DNA from: Eledone cirrhosa
Lineage: Eukaryota
Reading direction: 5' to 3'
Length of the DNA stretch: 64,000 bases
NCBI GenBank assembly: GCA_964016885.1
Contig: OZ024764.1
Location: forward strand, 9,424,001-9,488,000
The notes below the pieces were generated by a model, which ran no database searches, was not told the origin of the DNA, and saw only the letters and a program-made list of their open reading frames with translations. Positions 55,497 to 64,000 of this stretch are shown here, in pieces (within the stretch, counting starts at the first letter, position 1; every line of letters starts with the position of its first letter). The position numbers and the translations under genes are program-made.

Positions 55497-56703
55497 GGTT
55501 CTATAGAAATAGTGGACACCTTCCGTTACTTGGGTGACAAAATCAGCAGTGGTAGAGGGTGCTCTGAAAGTACAGTAGCTAGAGTCAGAACTGGATGTAA
55601 AAGGTTCAGAGAGCTTATACCACTATTAGCCGCTAAAGGGTTCTCTCCAAAAATGAAAGGCAGGCTGTAGAATGCCTGCATACGAACTCCAATGTTACAT
55701 GGCAGTGAGACCTGGGCATTGTGTGCAGAGGATATACGCAGACTGGAGAGGAACGAAGCTTGCATGTTCCGCTAGATGTGTAATAGTAATATACGTGAAC
55801 GGCAAAGCATAAACGAACTAAGGGTAAAATTAGAGATAAGAGGGATCAGATGTTGTTTACTCGAGAGAAGACTACGTTGGTATGGTCACGTGATGCGCAT
55901 GAAAGACGACAGCTGTATAAAAAAGTGCAGAGCAATAAAAATAGCCGGTAGCCACGGAGTAGGCAGACCCAGAAAAACCTGGGACAACTTGATAAATTCC
56001 GACCTCACACACTTACACCTCTCCAAGACAATGTCACTGGACCGAGATCTTTGGCGCTACAGAATCATACAGAAGACCTGCCTTACCTAAGTACAAAGCG
56101 AAACCTACAGTCAGTAGGCACCTCTAACAAAATACACCCCCCGTCCCACTACCCCCACCCTATCCACACCACCCCCTTAAATGTGAAGTTATGTTGGTAC
56201 CACAACATCCAGTCTGAAACAAATGAGGTCGTGTAGGTGTCACGACAAAAAAAACACACAGTCGACGCTGTAATATGGCCGTGTAGGTAACACGGTAAAA
56301 ACCTCCCAGTCCACACTGTAAACGTGGTTGGTGTTAGGAAGGGCATCCAGCCGTAGAAAACCCGCCAGACAGTCCACGCTGTAATGTGGCCGTGTAGGCA
56401 GCACGGTAAAAACCTCCCAGTACACACTGTAAACGTGGTTGGTGTTAGGAAGGACATCCAGCTGTAGAAAACCCGCCAGACAGTCCACGCTGTAATGTGG
56501 CCGTGTAGGTAACACGGTAAAAACCTCCCAGTCCACACTGTAAACGTGGTTGGTGTTAGGAAGGACATCCAGCCGTAGAAAACCCGCCAGACAGTCCTAT
56601 ACGAGCAAGAAAACCACTCTTGCCTCAAGTGGGAAAACTCCCGTCCAAACCCATGCAAGCGTGGAAGATGGACGTTAAACGATGATGATGATGATGATGA
56701 TGA
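55497..56703 (+). mobile_element. 5'-truncated, more diverged copy of the same RTE LINE
   Basis: Aligns to about 60402-61602 with stop codons; same 3' UTR and (GAT)n tail. Confidence 0.92.
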
Positions 56704-57604
56704 CTGAAGTTTAAAACTATTAAATATGTTGTGAGGGTGTGTTGGTGAAAAAGTAGCGCAAATGTCAGTGTGTAGCGGGGGTGAAGTGGGGTGGTGAATT
56801 TACACCATATCCTGTTTAGGTCTATCTCTCTCTCTATCTCTGTATATCTAAGTATCTATCTATATATTTGTGTGTGTGTATATGTGTGTAAAATTCTAGG
56901 AAACTTTGTGTGTGTGTGTGTGTAAAATTCTAGGAAACTGTGTGTGTAAAATTCCAGGAAACTTTAATAATTGTTTCTACTTTAGGCACAAGGCCAGCAA
57001 TTACCCAGTACATTACTGGAATTTTACACACAGAAAGTTTCATAGAATTTTAGGAAACTTTAATAATAATAATGAAATTATTGTGTAAAGTGATCAGGTG
57101 CGCTACAACTCATTAAGGGTGCATGTTTAGTACATAGAATAATATACAAATGTCAGAGAAGTGAATAGTGTATGAGTCATGATATACATGTGTGTATGTG
57201 AATGGAGGGGGAACAATAGGTGTAGTGTTGGTGAATCACGTTTGTGTGCAGGAGTAGATATGTATCATCATCATCATTTTACGTCCGCTTTTTCCTGCTT
57301 GATTCTGGCTTGATTTCTACAGCTGGATGCCCTTCCTAACACCAACCTCATTTACAGTGAGTGCTGGGTGCTTTTTTTGTCATGGCACCTCCACGACCAC
57401 ATTACAGTGGAATGATAGGGACCCCAGTCCCTATCATCTCGTTTCTACAGCTGAGTAAACTGGAGCAATGTGAAATAAAGTGTCTTGCTCAAGGAAACAA
57501 CACATCACCCGGTCTGAGAATTGAACTCACAACCTTTCGATTGCAAGGCCAATGCTCTAACCACTAAGCCATGTGCCTCCATATGTCAATGCATTGATAT
57601 ATAT

Positions 57605-57815
57605 CATCATCATCATTTTACGTCCGCGTTTCCATGCTTGCAAGCGTGGGACGGGTCCTATTCAGCACAGCGTCTCTCCACTTGCCACGGTCCTTCATCA
57701 TCTCCCCCGGGAGTTTCAGCGATCTGAGGTCAGCTCTCACCACCTCCGCCCATGTTTTTCGTGGTCTTCCTCCACTGTATCTTCCTTCTACTGGGATTTC
57801 TTGGCACTTCTTTAC
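57605..57815 (-). mobile_element. 3' end of a second RTE subfamily
   Basis: Minus strand reads GRPRKTWAEVVRADLRSL...DRGKWRDAVL...RPTLASMETRT*, followed by (GAT)n. Confidence 0.75.
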
Positions 57816-58051
57816 CCATACATATATATCTTTCTATTACTGATACTATCTGTTGGACACAACTCCTGGCTGAAGGAACAACATGAAATAAAGTGTCTTG
57901 CTCAAAGACACAATACAACACTCGGTCTAGGAATCAAACTCAACACCTCACAATTGCAAATCCAATTCTCTAACCACAAATAATAAACAACATATGCTTG
58001 TTTAGAATTTTTATTGATAATATAAATACATTCTCTAGAAGTTTCTATATA

Positions 58052-58351
58052 CAGGTGCGCAATTTTTTATCTGAAAACCGAACATTTTTTCCAGGATGTC
58101 GTCTGCACACCAAAGCTCATGTTTGGCACCAAAATTGACCTGAAATGACCCACAGTCAACCAAGGTCATGCAGTTGGGTCTCAGTGCTCCTACTGGCCAC
58201 GAACTGAGCATTACCACTGAACCACTCTTTCCCCTGTAATGTTTTATCTAAAAAACTTTAAAATCAATGCTAAAAATCTTCCATTCCGAAATCCGAAAAA
58301 TTCCCAAATCCATAAAGTCCCAAGGTTTTCGGATAAGAGATTGTGAACCTT
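58052..58351. mobile_element. Possible degraded TA-flanked MITE
   Basis: Imperfect TIRs CAGGTGCGCAATTTTTTATCTGAAAA / TTTTCGGATAAGAGATTGTGAACCT. Confidence 0.4.
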
Positions 58352-58389
58352 TATATATACATATTTATATATATATATATATATATACA

Positions 58390-61300
58390 TACATTGCTGG
58401 CGACCTAAATGGTCACGTTGGACAACATTGTGACAGCTATGATGCAATCCATGGAGGCTATGGGTTTGGTACTAGAAATGAGGAAGGCTCCAGAATCCTG
58501 GAATTCTGTGACGCAAATAACCTAACAATCTGTAACACTAACTTAAAAAAACGAGACAATCACTTGATCACCTACAGATCAGGGGAACACGCCAGTCAGA
58601 TAGATTATATCCTTACCAGAAGACGTGCTAGAGTGTCTGTTGTAAACACTAAATCCCTCCCCCATGAAGAATGCACCTCCCAACATAGACTCATAGTCAG
58701 GACAAGACGTACTCGACAACAGAGGAGGATTATCCTCAGGAGAAAAATATGGAAGCTAAAGAACCCCACAGCCAGTAATAAATTTAAAAGCATATTGATG
58801 CTTTCGGCAGTAAGGAAGAGCAATTAGAGTCGTACAATATAGAGGAACAGTGGGAATTCCTGAAAGCTAACCTACTGAAGACGGCAGATGAAGTCTGTGG
58901 CTGGAGCAGGCCTGTAGGCAGGAGGAGAGTAACGTGGTGGTGGAACAGTAAGGTGGAGGAGTCAATTAAGGCCAAAAAGCAGGCTTGGAAAGTATGGCGG
59001 GATGGGGGAAGTAGAGAAGACTATCAAGCGGCCAGGAGGGAAGCTAGGAGACAAGTGTACTTCGCAAGAAGGGAAGCAGAGGAAAGAAAGTTCAAGCATG
59101 TTCTACAACGCGAGGACCAAAAATGTGAGGTGTTCAGGATTGCTAGGCAATGTGTCAAGGAAAACCGTGATATTGTCAGGGAGAAGTGCGTCCTTAATGA
59201 TGATGGTGTACTTGCCATCACTGACGCTGATAAGAAGGTAGCTTGGAAGTGTCACTACGAAAGGCTACTAAATGAGGAGAATAAATGGGAGAAAGACAGT
59301 CTCCCCCACATCGATCCAATAGAGGGACCAGCAGTGCTAGTTGAAGGTAGTATAATAAGTAAAGCAATCAAAGATATGAAGACCGGTAAGGCGGCTGGGC
59401 CTTCAGAAATAGTTGCTGAAATGCTGAAAGCATCTGGAACGGTGGGACACACTATGGTCACCCGGATAGTAAACCAAGTCATACAGAATGGGGCCGTTCC
59501 GAAGGACTGGCGTAGCAGCATCATCATTAACTGCTACAAGGGTAAAGGAGATGCCCTAGATAGGGGTAACTATAGAGGCATTAAATTAATAGACCAGGTC
59601 ATGAAGGTCACAGAAAAAGTAATAGCGCAACTAATCAGAGAACAAATTGATCTAGATGAAATGCAGTTCGGGTTTGTGTCAGGTAAAAGTACCACAGACG
59701 CTCTTTTCATTGTACGACAACTACAGGAGCAGTACCTAGCTAAAAGTAAACCCCTATACTTAGCTTTTGTTGACTTGGAGAAAGCCTTTGACAGAGTCCC
59801 CCGCTCCATTATCTGGTGGGCTCTTAGAAAACTAGGTGTTGATGAATGGCTTGTGAGAGCTATACAAGCCATGTATAAAGAAACAGTCAGCAAGGTTAGA
59901 ATTAACAACGAATATAGTGAAGAGTTTAGCGTAAAAGTTGGTGTTCATCAGGGCTCCGTGCTTAGCCCCCTACTATTTATTATTGCCCTTCAGGCTATAA
60001 CAGAGGAGTTCAAGACCGGCTGCCCATGGGAACTCCTATACGCAGATGATCTAACGCTCATAGCTGAATCAATGGCTGAACTAGAGAAGAAATTCCAAAC
60101 ATGGAAGCATGGCCTAGAATCAAAAGGCCTTAAAGTTAACTTGTCTAAGACTAAAGTTCTAGTTTGTAGGAAGGAAAATAGGGCACCGGTCCCATCTGGG
60201 AAATAGCCATGTTCAGTGTGTAGGAAAGGAGTAGGCAGAAACTCCATTTTATGTCCCAAATGCAAAGTATGGGTGCATAAAAGATGTAGTGGGATCACAG
60301 GTAAGCTAACTAAGAATATAGATTTTATATGTGGCCGGTGCTCTGGTGCAATAAGTAGCAGCAAGTGCCCACAAAATACTAGCTCTTTCAATTGCGCAGA
60401 GGGTTCTATAGAAATAGTGGACAGCTTCCGTTACCTGGGTGACAAAATCAGCAGTGGGGGAGGGTGCTCTGAAAGTACAGTAGCTAGAGTCAGAACTGGT
60501 TGGAAAAAGTTCAGAGAGCTTATACCACTATTAGCCGCTAAAGGGTTCTCCCTAAGAATGAAAGGCAGGTTGTATGATGCCTGCATACGAACAGCAATGT
60601 TGCATGGCAGTGAGACCTGGGCATTGTGTGCAGAGGATATACGCAGACTAGAGAGGAACGAAGCTTGCATGCTCCGCTGGATGTGTAATAGTAACATACG
60701 TGAACGGCAAAGCATAAGCGAACTAAGGAAAAAATTAGAAATAAGAGGGATCAGATGTTGTTTACTTGAGAGAAGGCTACGTTGGTATGGTCACGTGATG
60801 CGCATGAAAGACGACAGCTGTATAACAAAGTGCAGGGCAATAAAGATAGACGGTAGCTACGGAGTAGGCAGACCCAGAAAAACCTGGGACGAGCTGATAA
60901 ATTCTGACCTCACACACTTACACCTCTCCAAGACAATGTCACTGGACCGAGACCTTTGGCGCTACGCAGTAATAGAGAAGACCCGCCTTACCTAAATACA
61001 AAGTAAAACCTACTACAGCCAGTAGGCATCTCTAACAAAATACACCCCCATCCCACCACCCCCACCCCATCCACACCGCCCCTTCAATGTAAAGTTATGT
61101 TGGTGCCACAACATCCAGGCCGAAACAAATGAGATCGTGTAGGTGTCACGACAAAAAAACACACAGTCCACGCTGTAATGTGGCTGTGTAGGCAACACGG
61201 TAAAAACCTCCCAGCCCCACACTGTAAATGTGGTTGGTGTTAGGAAGGACATCCAGCCGTAGAAAACCCGCCAGACAGTCCACGCTGTAATGTGGCCGTG

Positions 61301-61602
61301 TAGGCAACACGGTAAAAACCTCCCAGCCCCACACTGTAAATGTGGTTGGTGTTAGGAAGGACATCCAGCCGTAGAAAACCTGCCAGACAGTCCACGCTGT
61401 AATGTGGCCGTGTAGGCAACACGGTAAAAACCTCCCAGCCCCACACTGTAAATGTGGTTGGTGTTAGGAAGGGCATCCAGCTGTAGAAAACCCGCCAGAC
61501 AGTCCTATGCGAGCAAGACAATCACTCTTGCCTCAAGTGGGAAAACCCCCGTCCAAACCCATGCAAGCGTGGAACACGGACGTTAAACGTTGATGATGAT
61601 GA
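58390..61602 (+). mobile_element. RTE-clade non-LTR retrotransposon, long but 5'-truncated within the endonuclease and disrupted
   Basis: APE endonuclease motifs (AGDLNGHVG, GGYGFGTRNEEG, SQIDYIL). RT motifs (NYRGIKL, FVDLEKAFDRV, GVHQGSVLSP, YADD at 60039-60050). C-terminus RLRWYGHV...GRPRKTW. Frameshift near 58.8 kb, in-frame TAG at 60204-60206, 3' UTR ending in (GAT)n. Confidence 0.95.
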
Positions 61603-61603
61603 C

Positions 61604-61650
<47 letters not shown>

Positions 61651-61682
61651 AATGATCAGGAATATCAACTGTGTAGACTAAC

Positions 61683-61720
61683 CTTTTGCTGGTAGTTTGG
61701 TTGAAGCTGACATCTGCCAT
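61683..61720 (-). pseudogene. Duplicated KARS1 exon 1, copy 3 (identical to 52186-52223)
   Basis: Same sequence as copy 2, inside the 60246-64000 duplicated block. Confidence 0.8.
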
Positions 61721-62112
61721 GTTTAGAACACGAGGTTATAACAACCAGTGGAGTTGATACAAAAGTTGGAATGGAGACAGCCGGCAAATGGCGAAATAGT
61801 ATGAAGGTATTTTATTTCATGAATGGTTTCTTATATAGGCACAAGGCCATCAATTTGGGGGCGGGGAAAGTCAATTAAATCGACCGTGCCACGTGACTGG
61901 GACATTATCTTATTGACATTATAAGTTAAGCTCGGTGAGATTTGAGTGTGTGTGTACATTACTCAGAAAATTCTAAAAAGAATGTCTACTGAAGCTATTA
62001 TGGTCTACTTAGTATCTTACCACGCCCTCTTTGTTTTATATATCATCATTATCATTTTACGTCTGCTTTTCCCTGCTTGCAAAAGTTGGATGGTATATAT
62101 ATATATATATAC

Positions 62113-62145
<33 letters not shown>

Positions 62146-62146
62146 C

Positions 62147-62204
<58 letters not shown>

Positions 62205-62392
62205 TTTCATATATATATATATATATATACTTTCATATGTAGGAGGTGAGTTTTATTGTAGTACAATAAAGCAATGCAGATATCGGATAAGAAGCACTCT
62301 ACAGTTTGTAGGACTGGAGTATACATAATATATGTTGATTTAAAACTGCACTATCCACAAGTGTTTTTTAGCCTTCATATCATGTCCTCCTG

Positions 62393-62459
62393 TTTTATCT
62401 GATGAAAACACAAATATTATTGCATGATGATGTTTGTTTTTGAAATGCGCATAATAAAA
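62393..62459 (+). ncRNA. Type I hammerhead ribozyme motif (duplicate of 52878-52944)
   Basis: Identical sequence inside the duplicated block. Confidence 0.65.
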
Positions 62460-63241
62460 TACATGGAACTTCTTTAACCATCTTCTGTTCTTATATATTA
62501 TACTTTCATATATATATATATATACACTTTCATATATATATATATATACTTTCATATATATATAGTGGTTAGAGCATTGGCCTTGCAATCGAAAGGTTGT
62601 GAGTTCAATTCTCAGACCGGGTGATGTGTTGTTTCCTTGAGCAAGACACTTTATTTCACATTGCTCCAGTTTATTCAGCTGTAGAAATGAGATGATAGGG
62701 ACTGGGGTCCCTATCATTCCACTGTAAAGTGGTCGTGGAGGTGCCACGGCAAAAAAGCACCCAGCACTCACTGTAAATGAGGTTGGTGTTAGGAAGGGCA
62801 TCCAGCTGTAGAAATCAAGCCAGAATCAGTTCCAGTCCCACCCTTGAAAGCAGGGAAAAGCGGACGTAAAATGAAATGATGATGATGATATATTATATAT
62901 ATATATATATATACTTTCATATATATATATATATATTATTATTATATATATATATATATATTATATATATGTATATATATATATTATCTATATATATATA
63001 TATTATCTATATATATATATATATATTATATATATATATATATATATTATATAATATATATATATTATATATATATATATATATAATATATATATATATT
63101 ATATATATATTATATATATATATATATATTATTATATATTATATATATATTATATATATATTATATATATATATATATATATTATATTATATATATATAT
63201 TATATATATATATATATATATTATATATTATATATATATAT

Positions 63242-63298
<57 letters not shown>

Positions 63299-63337
63299 AT
63301 ATATTATATATATATTATATATATATATTATATATAT

Positions 63338-63558
<221 letters not shown>

Positions 63559-64000
63559 TATCCTCTTCCCCTCTCTATATCAATTAAAATCAAACTCTCC
63601 CTCCCCCTCTCTATATCTACTACACGAAACTCTCTTCTAATACACCTCTCTATATCAATTAGCATCAAACTCTCCCCCTCTCTATATCTACTACACAAAA
63701 CTCTCTTCCAATCCCCCTCTCTATATCAATTACCACCCAACTCTCCCCCTCTCTGTATCTATCTATGTCTATCTCTCTTATCTATCTCTACATAAATTGT
63801 ACATAAATTGTAGCGCATATACAAATAGATGTGTTTTGGTGGTTTGGGGAGAAATATAATTATTGGGGATGGGCATTACCCCTGCTCTGCAAAGTATCGT
63901 CTTCCTTCGGTTGCAACGTTTTTCAAAATATTTACTTCTGCGTTCAAAGATTGATTTTTTTAGTTTCAGAAGATCCTGTTAAGGGTGAAAGCAGCGATTC

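Overview
AT- and microsatellite-rich eukaryotic genomic DNA. The SINE/LINE content suggests a coleoid cephalopod, probably an octopus (inference). The only host gene I can support is a class II lysyl-tRNA synthetase (KARS1) on the minus strand. I reconstructed 12 exons by hand with consistent GT-AG sites and phases, from a cytosolic start exon (47686-47723) and an alternative mitochondrial-presequence exon (41184-41359) down to 700-785; the gene continues beyond the left edge. Introns hold minisatellites (20, 37, 48, 50, 65, 103, 116 and 181 bp units, plus a 15 kb 51-bp satellite), most of them traceable to SINE or LINE fragments. They also hold tRNA-derived SINEs, Helitron-like elements, MITEs and RTE LINE pieces. 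Upstream lie a long disrupted RTE LINE with a PHD-like finger and two extra copies of KARS1 exon 1 with its upstream flank. The most notable unannotated signal is a set of small, often palindromic, (TA)n-embedded elements with minimal type I hammerhead ribozyme cores (best examples 3512-3570, 17167-17209, 21703-21751, 52878-52944, 62393-62459), of the kind known from Penelope-like elements and retrozymes. Most entries in the ORF track are repeat artefacts.
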